DNA from: Escherichia coli
GTDB taxonomy: Bacteria > Pseudomonadota > Gammaproteobacteria > Enterobacterales > Enterobacteriaceae
Strand: one strand, 5' to 3'
Length of the DNA stretch: 64,000 nt
Assembly (NCBI RefSeq): GCF_017348835.2
Contig: NZ_CP071375.1
The position numbers and the translations under genes are program-made. How positions within the stretch are numbered: position 1 is the first letter of the stretch; each line of letters begins with the position of its first letter. This document shows positions 23,530 to 40,538 of this stretch, one piece after another. The notes under the pieces were generated by a model. The model saw only the letters and a list, made by a program, of their open reading frames with translations, searched no databases and was not told the DNA's origin.

Positions 23530-24357
23530 ATGACATTGCAACAACAAATAATAAAGGCGCTGGGCGCAAAACCGCAGATTAATGCCGAAGAGGAAATTCG
23601 TCGTAGTGTCGATTTTCTGAAAAGCTACCTGCGAACTTATCCGTTCATTAAATCACTGGTGCTCGGGATCAGCGGCGGTCAGGACTCCACGCTTGCCGGT
23701 AAGCTGTGCCAGATGGCGATTAATGAGCTGCGCCAGGAAACCGGCAACGAATCACTGCAATTTATTGCCGTACGCCTGCCCTATGGTGTTCAGGCCGACG
23801 AACAAGATTGCCAGGATGCCATTGCCTTTATTCAACCGGATCGCGTATTAACCGTTAATATCAAGGGCGCGGTATTGGCTAGCGAGCAGGCATTGCGGGA
23901 AGCAGGCATTGAACTGAGCGATTTTGTCCGTGGCAATGAAAAAGCGCGTGAGCGGATGAAAGCACAATATAGCATTGCGGGTATGACCAGCGGTGTCGTG
24001 GTGGGCACCGATCATGCAGCAGAAGCCATTACCGGATTCTTCACTAAATATGGTGACGGCGGTACGGACATTAATCCGCTGTATCGTCTCAACAAACGTC
24101 AGGGTAAACAGTTACTGGCGGCATTAGGTTGCCCGGAACACCTTTATAAGAAAGCGCCAACGGCCGATCTGGAAGATGATCGCCCTTCTCTGCCAGATGA
24201 AGTGGCACTCGGCGTGACCTATGACAATATCGACGACTATCTGGAAGGGAAAAACGTACCTGAACAGGTCGCCAGAACAATAGAGAACTGGTATCTGAAA
24301 ACCGAACATAAACGCCGTCCGCCAATTACCGTTTTCGATGATTTCTGGAAAAAGTAA
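23530..24357 (+). CDS. nadE: NH3-dependent NAD+ synthetase
   Basis: 275 aa ORF with the PP-loop motif (SGGQDS); recognised as NadE. Confidence 0.95.
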   Translation: MTLQQQIIKALGAKPQINAEEEIRRSVDFLKSYLRTYPFIKSLVLGISGGQDSTLAGKLCQMAINELRQETGNESLQFIAVRLPYGVQADEQDCQDAIAFIQPDRVLTVNIKGAVLASEQALREAGIELSDFVRGNEKARERMKAQYSIAGMTSGVVVGTDHAAEAITGFFTKYGDGGTDINPLYRLNKRQGKQLLAALGCPEHLYKKAPTADLEDDRPSLPDEVALGVTYDNIDDYLEGKNVPEQVARTIENWYLKTEHKRRPPITVFDDFWKK

Positions 24358-24399
24358 TAATTTGCACCTATTGGATTGTGCGAAAAAGAGTAATTTGTT

Positions 24400-24505
24400 C
24401 ACGCCAGATGCGGCGTGAACGCCTTATTCGACCTACAAAACTATGCAAATTCAATACATTGCAGGAGTCGAATAGGCCTGACAGGCGTAGCACGTCAGAC
24501 GGTGT
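24400..24505. repeat. REP / BIME-like palindromic repeats between nadE and cho (boundaries approximate)
   Basis: Two oppositely oriented units resembling the REP consensus (GCCAGATGCGGCGTGAACGCCTTATTCGACCTACA and GTCGAATAGGCCTGACAGGCGTAGCACGTCAGACGG). Confidence 0.5.
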
Positions 24506-24553
24506 AACCTTTGTCATCGACCCGCCTCTTTTTTAATCGCTTCCCGCCTGTTA

Positions 24554-24573
24554 TACTGGATAGATAACCAGCA
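24554..24573 (+). promoter_or_regulatory. Candidate LexA (SOS) box upstream of cho
   Basis: TACTGGATAGATAACCAGCA (CTGG-N8-CCAG palindrome), 14 nt upstream of the cho GTG start; cho is a known SOS gene. Confidence 0.6.
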
Positions 24574-24586
24574 CTCGGAGTCAACA

Positions 24587-26087
<1,501 letters not shown>

Positions 26088-26211
26088 TTAGTGGTGATCA
26101 GGCTTTTTTTACAACTGTTTGAGAAGAGAAAAGAAAACCGCCGATCCTGTCCACCGCATTACTGCAAGGTAGTGGACAAGACCGGCGGTCTTAAGTTTTT
26201 TGGCTGAAAGA

Positions 26212-26697
26212 TTATTCAGCAGTTGCAGGCATTTTACCTTTTGCCGCTGGACGTTCTGTCAGACGCTTCTCAAAATTAGCATTAAATTGCTTTTTCTGTT
26301 CCGGCGTCAGGATGTTGTAAATTTTGTTCTGGGTTTCCATGTGCGCCAGCATGTTAGCTTTGCGCTGTTCTTCCATTTTTGCGATCTGCGCTTCAGCTTT
26401 TGCTTTATCGAAGGTATCGCTGGCAATGATGTCATGCATTGCGCGGCGTTCTTCCAGCGGCGGACGTTTCATCTGGTCACGCTGGCCTTTCATGATTTCG
26501 CGGATCTGCTGTTTCTGCGCGTCGGTCAGGTTCAGGTCTTTGAACATCATGTCCTGATGCGGACCGAACTTGCCTTTGTGGTGCATCATCGGCTTCGCGT
26601 CAGCCGGTGCTGCGGTAGTGGTGTCTGCGGCATGGGCCAGGTTAGCCGCGCCAAGAGCCAGGGTAGAGGCAACAAACAGTGCAGTTAATTTACGCAT
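26212..26697 (-). CDS. spy: Periplasmic ATP-independent chaperone Spy
   Basis: 161 aa ORF with signal peptide (MRKLTALFVASTLALGAANLAHA); recognised as Spy. Confidence 0.92.
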   Translation of the reverse strand: MRKLTALFVASTLALGAANLAHAADTTTAAPADAKPMMHHKGKFGPHQDMMFKDLNLTDAQKQQIREIMKGQRDQMKRPPLEERRAMHDIIASDTFDKAKAEAQIAKMEEQRKANMLAHMETQNKIYNILTPEQKKQFNANFEKRLTERPAAKGKMPATAE

Positions 26698-26759
26698 ATT
26701 CTATATCCTTCCTTTCAGTTATTTATTACGGCTTTCTTAAGTAGCGTGCCGTGTTGACG

Positions 26760-26830
26760 AGATTAACTTTACTGACTTTAGCGTCAATTAATCAGAGCAA
26801 CGGTAAAACAATGAAAGTGTAAAAAACACT
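26760..26830 (-). promoter_or_regulatory. spy promoter region with candidate CpxR-type direct repeats
   Basis: GTAAA-N5-GAAAG-N-GTAAAA at 26803..26824 and a TAAAG...TAAAG repeat at about 26767..26782, upstream of spy; consistent with the known Cpx/Bae control of spy. Matches are imperfect. Confidence 0.35.
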
Positions 26831-27026
26831 TTTGCGCCAATTATGGAGAAAAAAAGAAAATTTGATGGAGAGTGATGAGAGAATATTACAACATGATGAT
26901 TTTGCAGAGATTATGAAGAACTATACCGGATGACTGGTGATAAATAAAGCAAATAACCAGGATTAATCTGTATTAATTTATAAGAAAGCAACTTAATACC
27001 CGCAGAATGATTTCTGCGGGTATGTA

Positions 27027-33090
<6,064 letters not shown>

Positions 33091-33126
33091 TTAATAATAA
33101 GTAATGATTGCGCTGTAAATGTAGAT

Positions 33127-33142
33127 TGCAGGGTTCGTGCCA
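33127..33142 (-). promoter_or_regulatory. Candidate sigma-54 (-24/-12) promoter for astC
   Basis: Minus-strand sequence TGGCACGAACCCTGCA (GG-N10-GC), about 70 nt upstream of the astC start; the ast operon is known to be NtrC/sigma-54 dependent. Confidence 0.55.
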
Positions 33143-33207
33143 GCCAGTGATAAAAGTGCATAAAAGGGAGCGATTAACTGTTAATCAAGGAGTTACAACC
33201 GGACGAT

Positions 33208-33225
33208 ATGCACTAAAAGTGCATA
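33208..33225. promoter_or_regulatory. Palindrome resembling an NtrC/enhancer-type site in the astC-xthA intergenic region
   Basis: ATGCAC-TAAAA-GTGCAT perfect inverted repeat about 80 bp upstream of the candidate sigma-54 promoter; assignment to NtrC is inference. Confidence 0.35.
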
Positions 33226-33499
33226 TAAAGTGAATACGTTTGTGATATGGATGGATAAAAAGAATAAAAAACGCAATGTTATGCAAAAGTAAAATATAAT
33301 TCTGGAATTGTGATCATTGACGAAATTTACTGGAAATTACTGCGCCATTCTGACGCAGCGCGCACCAAAAGCGGGCATTTTTTGCGCCATCGTTGACATC
33401 ATTAACAACCATCGATCAAATCACTTAACAACAGGCGGTAAGCACAGCGAAATTCTGCTACCATCCACGCACTCTTTATCTGAATAAATGGCAGCGACT

Positions 33500-34306
33500 A
33501 TGAAATTTGTCTCTTTTAATATCAACGGCCTGCGCGCCAGACCCCACCAGCTTCAAGCCATCGTCGAAAAGCACCAGCCGGATGTGATTGGCCTGCAGGA
33601 GACAAAAGTTCATGACGATATGTTTCCGCTCGAAGAGGTGGCGAAGCTTGGCTACAACGTGTTTTATCACGGGCAGAAAGGCCATTATGGCGTGGCGCTG
33701 CTGACCAAAGAGACGCCGATTGCCGTGCGTCGCGGCTTTCCCGGTGACGACGAAGAGGCGCAACGGCGGATTATTATGGCGGAAATCCCCTCGCCGCTGG
33801 GCAATGTCACCGTGATCAACGGTTACTTCCCGCAGGGTGAAAGCCGCGACCATCCGATAAAATTCCCGGCAAAGGCGCAGTTTTATCAGAATCTGCAAAA
33901 CTATCTGGAAACCGAACTCAAACGTGATAATCCGGTACTGATTATGGGCGATATGAATATCAGCCCTACAGATCTGGATATCGGCATTGGCGAAGAAAAC
34001 CGTAAACGCTGGCTGCGTACCGGTAAATGCTCTTTCCTGCCGGAAGAGCGCGAATGGATGGACAGGCTGATGAGCTGGGGGTTGGTCGATACCTTCCGCC
34101 ATGCGAATCCGCAAACAGCAGATCGTTTCTCATGGTTTGATTACCGCTCAAAAGGTTTTGACGATAACCGTGGTCTGCGCATCGACCTGCTGCTCGCCAG
34201 CCAACCGCTGGCAGAATGTTGCGTAGAAACCGGCATCGACTATGAAATCCGCAGCATGGAAAAACCGTCCGATCACGCCCCCGTCTGGGCGACCTTCCGC
34301 CGCTAA
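33500..34306 (+). CDS. xthA: Exodeoxyribonuclease III (AP endonuclease)
   Basis: Track ORF starts at ATG 33488; the ATG at 33500 gives the 268 aa protein [14 protein letters not shown]... recognised as XthA. Confidence 0.95.
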   Translation: MKFVSFNINGLRARPHQLQAIVEKHQPDVIGLQETKVHDDMFPLEEVAKLGYNVFYHGQKGHYGVALLTKETPIAVRRGFPGDDEEAQRRIIMAEIPSPLGNVTVINGYFPQGESRDHPIKFPAKAQFYQNLQNYLETELKRDNPVLIMGDMNISPTDLDIGIGEENRKRWLRTGKCSFLPEEREWMDRLMSWGLVDTFRHANPQTADRFSWFDYRSKGFDDNRGLRIDLLLASQPLAECCVETGIDYEIRSMEKPSDHAPVWATFRR

Positions 34307-34472
34307 TTTAGCAGCTCTCCTGGCTCAAACTGGGTCAGGAGAATTAACCTTGAGAAAAATCAACAAACTGTCAGTAATGATTTGTTGCCTGCCGCCCTTT
34401 GTTATACCGTCACTGCGTTTTTAGTTGTCTGACCACTTCTCTATTATCAAGTTTGATATAGGAAACTCCACG

Positions 34473-35183
34473 ATGAACGCTGAGCGTAAATTTCTTTTTG
34501 CCTGTCTTATTTTTGCGCTGGTCATTTACGCTATCCACGCTTTCGGTTTATTCGATCTGCTCACCGATTTACCCCACTTACAGACACTCATTCGCCAGAG
34601 CGGATTGTTCGGTTATAGCCTCTATATTCTGTTATTCATCATTGCCACCCTCTTTCTGTTACCAGGAAGCATATTGGTGATCGCGGGAGGAATAGTTTTT
34701 GGCCCGTTCTTAGGGACACTACTCTCATTAATTGCCGCCACGCTGGCCTCCTCGTGCTCATTCCTGCTGGCGCGCTGGATGGGACGTGATTTACTGCTGA
34801 AATACGTTGGCCATAGCCATACCTTCCAGGCCATTGAAAAAGGCATTGCGCGTAACGGCATCGATTTTCTTATTCTGACCCGCTTAATTCCGCTGTTTCC
34901 GTACAATATTCAAAATTACGCTTACGGATTAACCGCTATTGCTTTCTGGCCCTATACCCTTATTTCGGCATTAACCACCCTGCCCGGAATCGTAATTTAT
35001 ACCGTGATGGCAAGCGATCTCGCCAATGAAGGCATTACGCTGCGCTTTATTTTACAACTCTGTCTGGCGGGCCTGGCGCTGTTTATTCTCGTCCAGCTCG
35101 CCAAACTCTACGCCCGACACAAACATGTGGATCTGTCTGCTTCGCGCCGCAACCCACTTACTCACCCAAAAAATGAAGGATAG
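34473..35183 (+). CDS. ydjX: TVP38/TMEM64 (DedA-like) family inner-membrane protein
   Basis: Track ORF of 252 aa; the ATG at 34473 gives the 236 aa protein MNAERKFLFACLIF... recognised as YdjX. Confidence 0.85.
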   Translation: MNAERKFLFACLIFALVIYAIHAFGLFDLLTDLPHLQTLIRQSGLFGYSLYILLFIIATLFLLPGSILVIAGGIVFGPFLGTLLSLIAATLASSCSFLLARWMGRDLLLKYVGHSHTFQAIEKGIARNGIDFLILTRLIPLFPYNIQNYAYGLTAIAFWPYTLISALTTLPGIVIYTVMASDLANEGITLRFILQLCLAGLALFILVQLAKLYARHKHVDLSASRRNPLTHPKNEG

Positions 35184-35187
35184 AACG

Positions 35188-35865
35188 ATGTTGCAACATT
35201 ATTCAGTGTCATGGAAAAAAGGACTGACTGCACTCTGCTTACTGGCTGTTGCTGGGCTTAGCGGCTGCGATCAAAAAGAGAATGCGGCGGCAAAAGTGGA
35301 ATACGACGGACTTTCGAACAGCCAACCGCTGCGCGTCGATGCCAATAACCATACGGTAACCATGCTGGTGCAAATTAATGGTCGTTTCCTCACCGACGAC
35401 ACTCGTCACGGTATTGTGTTTAAAGATGGCTCCAACGGACATAAATCGCTGTTTATGGGTTATGCGACCCCGAAAGCATTTTATGAAGCCCTGAAAGAGG
35501 CAGGTGGTACGCCGGGCGAAAACATGACGATGGATAATAAAGAAACGACTCATGTCACAGGCAGCAAACTGGATATTTCGGTCAACTGGCAAGGGGCGGC
35601 AAAAGCGTATTCCTTCGATGAAGTGATTGTTGACAGTAATGGCAAGAAACTGGACATGCGCTTTGGCGGTAATTTAACGGCAGCAGAAGAGAAGAAAACG
35701 GGTTGCCTGGTGTGTCTGGATAGCTGCCCGGTCGGCATCGTCAGCAATGCAACATACACTTATGGTGCGGTTGAAAAACGAGGTGAAGTTAAATTCAAAG
35801 GCAATGCCTCGGTTCTCCCGGCGGATAACACGCTGGCAACGGTTACCTTTAAAATCACCGAATAA
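35188..35865 (+). CDS. ydjY: Predicted lipoprotein YdjY
   Basis: Track ORF of 279 aa; the ATG at 35188 gives the 225 aa protein MLQHYSVSWKKGLTALCLLAVAGLSGC..., with lipobox LSGC (Cys at 35266..35268) and a C-terminal CxxCxxxC motif (CLVCLDSC). Confidence 0.85.
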   Translation: MLQHYSVSWKKGLTALCLLAVAGLSGCDQKENAAAKVEYDGLSNSQPLRVDANNHTVTMLVQINGRFLTDDTRHGIVFKDGSNGHKSLFMGYATPKAFYEALKEAGGTPGENMTMDNKETTHVTGSKLDISVNWQGAAKAYSFDEVIVDSNGKKLDMRFGGNLTAAEEKKTGCLVCLDSCPVGIVSNATYTYGAVEKRGEVKFKGNASVLPADNTLATVTFKITE

Positions 35866-35879
35866 AGCCAGGATAAAGG

Positions 35880-36587
35880 ATGATGAAGATGCAATCGCGA
35901 AAAATCTGGTACTACCGTATAACCCTCATCATCCTGTTGTTCGCTATGCTGCTGGCATGGGCGCTGCTTCCCGGCGTCCATGAGTTTATCAATCGCAGCG
36001 TTGCGGCGTTTGCCGCCGTGGACCAACAGGGTATAGAACGCTTTATTCAGTCTTACGGCGCACTGGCGGCAGTTGTCTCGTTCTTGTTGATGATTTTACA
36101 GGCCATTGCTGCACCGCTACCTGCGTTTTTGATCACCTTTGCCAATGCGTCGCTGTTTGGCGCGCTCTGGGGCGGCTTGCTGTCATGGACCAGTTCGATG
36201 GCCGGCGCGGCGCTGTGCTTTTTTATCGCCAGAGTGATGGGCCGCGAAGTGGTGGAAAAATTAACCGGCAAAACCGTACTTGACAGTATGGACGGCTTTT
36301 TCACTCGCTACGGCAAACACACTATCCTGGTCTGTCGGTTATTGCCTTTTGTCCCTTTCGATCCAATCAGCTATGCTGCCGGTTTGACTTCAATCCGTTT
36401 TCGCTCGTTTTTTATCGCCACCGGGCTTGGTCAGTTACCGGCGACTATTGTTTATTCCTGGGCGGGCAGCATGTTAACAGGCGGTACCTTCTGGTTTGTC
36501 ACCGGACTGTTTATTCTGTTTGCCCTGACCGTGGTGATTTTTATGGCGAAGAAAATATGGCTTGAGCGCCAGAAGAGGAATGCCTGA
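35880..36587 (+). CDS. ydjZ: TVP38/TMEM64 (DedA-like) family inner-membrane protein
   Basis: 235 aa polytopic ORF recognised as YdjZ; paralogous in architecture to ydjX. Confidence 0.85.
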   Translation: MMKMQSRKIWYYRITLIILLFAMLLAWALLPGVHEFINRSVAAFAAVDQQGIERFIQSYGALAAVVSFLLMILQAIAAPLPAFLITFANASLFGALWGGLLSWTSSMAGAALCFFIARVMGREVVEKLTGKTVLDSMDGFFTRYGKHTILVCRLLPFVPFDPISYAAGLTSIRFRSFFIATGLGQLPATIVYSWAGSMLTGGTFWFVTGLFILFALTVVIFMAKKIWLERQKRNA

Positions 36588-37135
36588 TGGGTTTACCGCC
36601 GCTTAGCAAAATTCCTTTCATTTTACGTCCGCAGGCGTGGCTGCATCGTCGCCATTACGGCGAGGTGCTAAGCCCCATTCGCTGGTGGGGGCGGATCCCA
36701 TTTATCTTTTATCTGGTGTCGATGTTTGTTGGCTGGCTGGAGCGCAAACGCTCACCGCTCGATCCGGTAGTACGATCGCTTGTCAGCGCGCGCATTGCGC
36801 AAATGTGCCTGTGTGAGTTTTGCGTGGATATCACCAGTATGAAAGTCGCCGAGCGTACCGGCAGCAGCGATAAACTGCTGGCAGTGGCTGACTGGCGGCA
36901 AAGCCCGCTCTTCAGCGATGAAGAACGGCTGGCGCTGGAGTACGCCGAAGCCGCAAGCGTCACACCGCCTACGGTCGATGATGCCCTGCGCACCCAACTG
37001 GCTGCGCATTTTGACGCTCAGGCGCTCACCGAACTGACGGCATTGATCGGCCTGCAAAACCTGTCGGCTCGTTTTAATTCTGCCATGGACATTCCCGCTC
37101 AGGGGTTGTGCCGTATTCCGGAAAAACGTTCTTAA
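36587..37135 (+). CDS. ynjA: Carboxymuconolactone decarboxylase / AhpD-like family protein
   Basis: 182 aa ORF recognised as YnjA; start ATG overlaps the ydjZ TGA stop (TGATG). Confidence 0.85.
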   Translation: MGLPPLSKIPFILRPQAWLHRRHYGEVLSPIRWWGRIPFIFYLVSMFVGWLERKRSPLDPVVRSLVSARIAQMCLCEFCVDITSMKVAERTGSSDKLLAVADWRQSPLFSDEERLALEYAEAASVTPPTVDDALRTQLAAHFDAQALTELTALIGLQNLSARFNSAMDIPAQGLCRIPEKRS

Positions 37136-37141
37136 GGAGAG

Positions 37142-38311
37142 ATGATGCGCCATTGTGGGTGGTTGCTGGGATTGTTATCGCTGTTTTCTCTGGCAACACA
37201 TGCCAGTGACTGGCAAGAAATTAAAAATGAGGCCAAAGGGCAAACCGTCTGGTTTAACGCCTGGGGTGGCGATACCGCAATTAACCGCTATCTCGACTGG
37301 GTTAGCGGCGAGATGAAAACCCATTACGCTATAAACCTGAAGATTGTTCGTCTGGCGGATGCCGCAGACGCGGTGAAGCGCATTCAGACCGAAGCCGCAG
37401 CCGGACGTAAAACGGGCGGCTCGGTGGATCTGCTCTGGGTGAACGGCGAAAACTTCCGCACCTTAAAAGAGGCCAATTTATTACAAACGGGCTGGGCGGA
37501 GACTCTGCCCAACTGGCGCTATGTCGACACACAGCTGCCGGTGCGGGAAGATTTTTCAGTGCCTACAGAAGGGGCTGAATCGCCCTGGGGGGGCGCACAA
37601 CTGACATTTATCGCCCGCCGCGATGTTACGCCACAGCCACCACAAACGCCTCAAGCCTTACTGGAGTTTGCTAAAGCCAATCCCGGCACGGTTACCTATC
37701 CGCGCCCACCGGACTTTACCGGCACGGCGTTTCTTGAACAGTTGCTGATTATGCTGACGCCAGATCCCGCCGCATTAAAAGAAGCGCCGGACGATGCGAC
37801 TTTCGCCCGTGTCACTGCTCCCTTGTGGCAATATCTTGATGCGCTGCATCCGTATTTGTGGCGCGAAGGAAAGGATTTCCCGCCTTCGCCCGCGCGGATG
37901 GATGCTCTGCTGAAAGCCGGAACATTGCGCCTGTCGCTGACCTTTAACCCCGCGCATGCGCAGCAAAAAATCGCCAGCGGCGATTTGCCTGCAAGCAGTT
38001 ACAGTTTTGGCTTTCGCGAGGGGATGATTGGCAACGTGCATTTCGTCACCATTCCTGCCAACGCGAATGCCAGTGCTGCGGCGAAGGTAGTTGCCAATTT
38101 CTTGCTCTCACCCGATGCGCAATTGCGTAAAGCAGATCCCGCTGTCTGGGGCGATCCTTCTGTTCTCGATCCGCAAAAACTGCCTGATGGGCAGCGCGAA
38201 ACATTGCAATCAAGAATGCCGCAAGATCTGCCGCCGGTACTGGCTGAACCGCACGCAGGTTGGGTAAATGCGCTGGAACAAGAATGGCTACACCGTTACG
38301 GTACGCATTAA
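37142..38311 (+). CDS. ynjB: ABC transporter periplasmic substrate-binding protein
   Basis: 389 aa ORF with signal peptide (MMRHCGWLLGLLSLFSLATHA); recognised as YnjB. Confidence 0.85.
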   Translation: MMRHCGWLLGLLSLFSLATHASDWQEIKNEAKGQTVWFNAWGGDTAINRYLDWVSGEMKTHYAINLKIVRLADAADAVKRIQTEAAAGRKTGGSVDLLWVNGENFRTLKEANLLQTGWAETLPNWRYVDTQLPVREDFSVPTEGAESPWGGAQLTFIARRDVTPQPPQTPQALLEFAKANPGTVTYPRPPDFTGTAFLEQLLIMLTPDPAALKEAPDDATFARVTAPLWQYLDALHPYLWREGKDFPPSPARMDALLKAGTLRLSLTFNPAHAQQKIASGDLPASSYSFGFREGMIGNVHFVTIPANANASAAAKVVANFLLSPDAQLRKADPAVWGDPSVLDPQKLPDGQRETLQSRMPQDLPPVLAEPHAGWVNALEQEWLHRYGTH

Positions 38312-39819
38312 TCTTTTTGCTGTGGGCGATGGTGGCGGTGATTTATGCACCGCTGATCCCGGCAGCTCTCACGCTGATATCGCCTGCTTTGTCGTTGACA
38401 CACTGGCAGGCGTTATTTGCCGATCCACAGTTACCGCAGGCATTACTGGCAACGCTGGTGTCGACAACCATCGCGGCGGTCGGGGCGTTGTTGATTGCCC
38501 TGCTGGTGATTGTGGCGCTGTGGCCTGGGCCGAAATGGCAGCGTATGTGCACCCGTCTGCCGTGGCTGCTCGCCATTCCCCATATAGCTTTTGCCACCAG
38601 CGCCCTTCTGCTCTTTGCTGACGGAGGGCTGCTTTATGACTATTTCCCGTATTTCACTCCGCCAATGGACCGATTTGGCATCGGTCTGGGCCTCACCCTT
38701 GCAGTGAAAGAAAGCGCATTTCTGCTGTGGATCTTAGCAGCAGTATTGAGCGAAAAACGGCTGTTGCAGCAGGTCATTGTGCTGGATTCGCTGGGCTACA
38801 GCCGCTGGCAATGCCTGAACTGGCTGCTGTTGCCCTCCGTCGCGCCTGCGCTGGCAATGGCGATGCTGGCGATTGTGGCCTGGTCACTGTCGGTCGTGGA
38901 TGTGGCGATTATTCTTGGGCCAGGTAATCCACCGACGCTGGCAGTAATTAGCTGGCAGTGGTTAACCCAGGGCGACATTGACCAACAAACAAAAGGCGCG
39001 CTTGCCAGCCTGCTGTTGATGCTGTTACTCGCCGCCTACGTTTTGCTGGGCTATCTGCTATGGCGTAGCTGGCGGCATACTATTCCCCGCGTAGATGGCG
39101 TTCGTAAGCCTGCCACGCCTTTATTGCCAGGCATTACGCTGGCGATTTTTTTACCCTTGACCGGTGTGCTGTGTGTGGTTCTGCTGGCGATCCTCGCGGA
39201 TCAGTCGACGATCAATAGTGAAGCGCTCATCAACAGCCTGACAATGGGACTTACTGCGACGTTTATCGCTTTGCTCCTGTTACTGCTGTGGCTGGAATGG
39301 GGGGCAAAGCGTCGCCAGTTGTGGCTATGGTTGCCCATTTTATTACCCGCTCTGCCACTGGTTGCGGGCCAGTACACGCTGGCGCTATGGCTGAACCTGG
39401 ATAGGAGCTGGACGGCGGTGGTCTGGGGGCATCTGCTGTGGGTAATGCCGTGGATGCTGTTTATCCTGCAACCCGCCTGGCAGCGCATTGATACACGGTT
39501 AATTTTGATTGCGCAAACACTGGGCTGGTCGCGGGCCAAAATCTTCTTTTACGTGAAATGTCCGCTTATGCTACGCCCTACGCTGATTGCCTTCGCGGTG
39601 GGATTTTCAGTCAGTATTGCGCAGTATATGCCGACGCTGTGGCTGGGTGCGGGGCGTTTTCCGACGCTCACCACTGAGGCGGTGGCATTAAGCAGCGGCG
39701 GCAGCAACGGTATTCTCGCCGCCCAGGCTTTATGGCAACTGCTCTTACCGCTTACTATTTTTGCCCTGACCGCGTTAGTCGCAAAATGGGTAGGTTATGT
39801 CAGACAAGGACTCCGCTAA
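38284..39819 (+). CDS. ynjC: ABC transporter permease (two-domain)
   Basis: Track ORF starts at TTG 38260; the ATG at 38284 gives the 511 aa polytopic protein MATPLRYALIFLLWAM... recognised as YnjC; overlaps the ynjB 3' end by 28 nt. Confidence 0.8.
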   Translation: MATPLRYALIFLLWAMVAVIYAPLIPAALTLISPALSLTHWQALFADPQLPQALLATLVSTTIAAVGALLIALLVIVALWPGPKWQRMCTRLPWLLAIPHIAFATSALLLFADGGLLYDYFPYFTPPMDRFGIGLGLTLAVKESAFLLWILAAVLSEKRLLQQVIVLDSLGYSRWQCLNWLLLPSVAPALAMAMLAIVAWSLSVVDVAIILGPGNPPTLAVISWQWLTQGDIDQQTKGALASLLLMLLLAAYVLLGYLLWRSWRHTIPRVDGVRKPATPLLPGITLAIFLPLTGVLCVVLLAILADQSTINSEALINSLTMGLTATFIALLLLLLWLEWGAKRRQLWLWLPILLPALPLVAGQYTLALWLNLDRSWTAVVWGHLLWVMPWMLFILQPAWQRIDTRLILIAQTLGWSRAKIFFYVKCPLMLRPTLIAFAVGFSVSIAQYMPTLWLGAGRFPTLTTEAVALSSGGSNGILAAQALWQLLLPLTIFALTALVAKWVGYVRQGLR

Positions 39820-40472
39820 TGCTCGGCGTGAAAAATGTTTCGCTACGTTTACCAGAAAGCCGCTTGCTGACAAACGTTAACTTTACGGTGGATAAAGGTG
39901 ACATTGTCACGTTAATGGGTCCGTCTGGCTGTGGAAAATCCACTCTGTTTTCATGGATGATTGGTGCACTGGCTGGACAGTTTTCTTGTACAGGTGAGCT
40001 ATGGCTCAATGAGCAACGGATTGACATGCTACCCACCGCAGAGCGTCAGATTGGCATTCTTTTCCAGAATGCACTGTTATTTGACCAGTTCAGCGTCGGG
40101 CAAAATTTACTGCTGGCGCTACCGGCGACACTTAAAGGGAATGCCCGACGTAATGCCGTGAATGATGCACTTGAGCGTTCAGGCCTTGACGGAGCTTTCC
40201 ATCAGGATCCTGCCACTTTGTCTGGCGGTCAGCGAGCGCGCGTTGCTCTGCTTCGCGCCCTTCTCGCTCAGCCAAAAGCGTTGCTACTGGATGAGCCATT
40301 CAGCCGTCTTGATGTGGCTCTGCGCGATAATTTTCGCCAGTGGGTGTTCAGCGAAGTTCGCGCCCTGGCGATCCCCGTCGTTCAGGTAACGCATGATCTC
40401 CAGGATGTTCCTGCTGATAGTTCTGTTCTGGATATGGCGCAGTGGTCAGAAAATTACAACAAACTGCGATAA
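39819..40472 (+). CDS. ynjD: ABC transporter ATP-binding protein
   Basis: 217 aa protein MLGVKNVSLRL... with Walker A (GPSGCGKST) and signature (LSGGQ) motifs; its ATG overlaps the ynjC TAA stop by 1 nt. Confidence 0.85.
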   Translation: MLGVKNVSLRLPESRLLTNVNFTVDKGDIVTLMGPSGCGKSTLFSWMIGALAGQFSCTGELWLNEQRIDMLPTAERQIGILFQNALLFDQFSVGQNLLLALPATLKGNARRNAVNDALERSGLDGAFHQDPATLSGGQRARVALLRALLAQPKALLLDEPFSRLDVALRDNFRQWVFSEVRALAIPVVQVTHDLQDVPADSSVLDMAQWSENYNKLR

Positions 40473-40538
40473 CGCAAAGTTTTTCTCAATGCGTCAGTTC
40501 AGAATGGCGCACTCAAAACTACAATGTCGGGATTTTCG

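Noticed and set aside
26170-26200. Hairpin plus T-run (AAGACCGGCGGTCTTAAGTTTTTT) downstream of spy as a spy terminator
   Set aside because: The T-run is on the plus strand whereas spy is on the minus strand; no plus-strand gene ends nearby, so the assignment is ambiguous.
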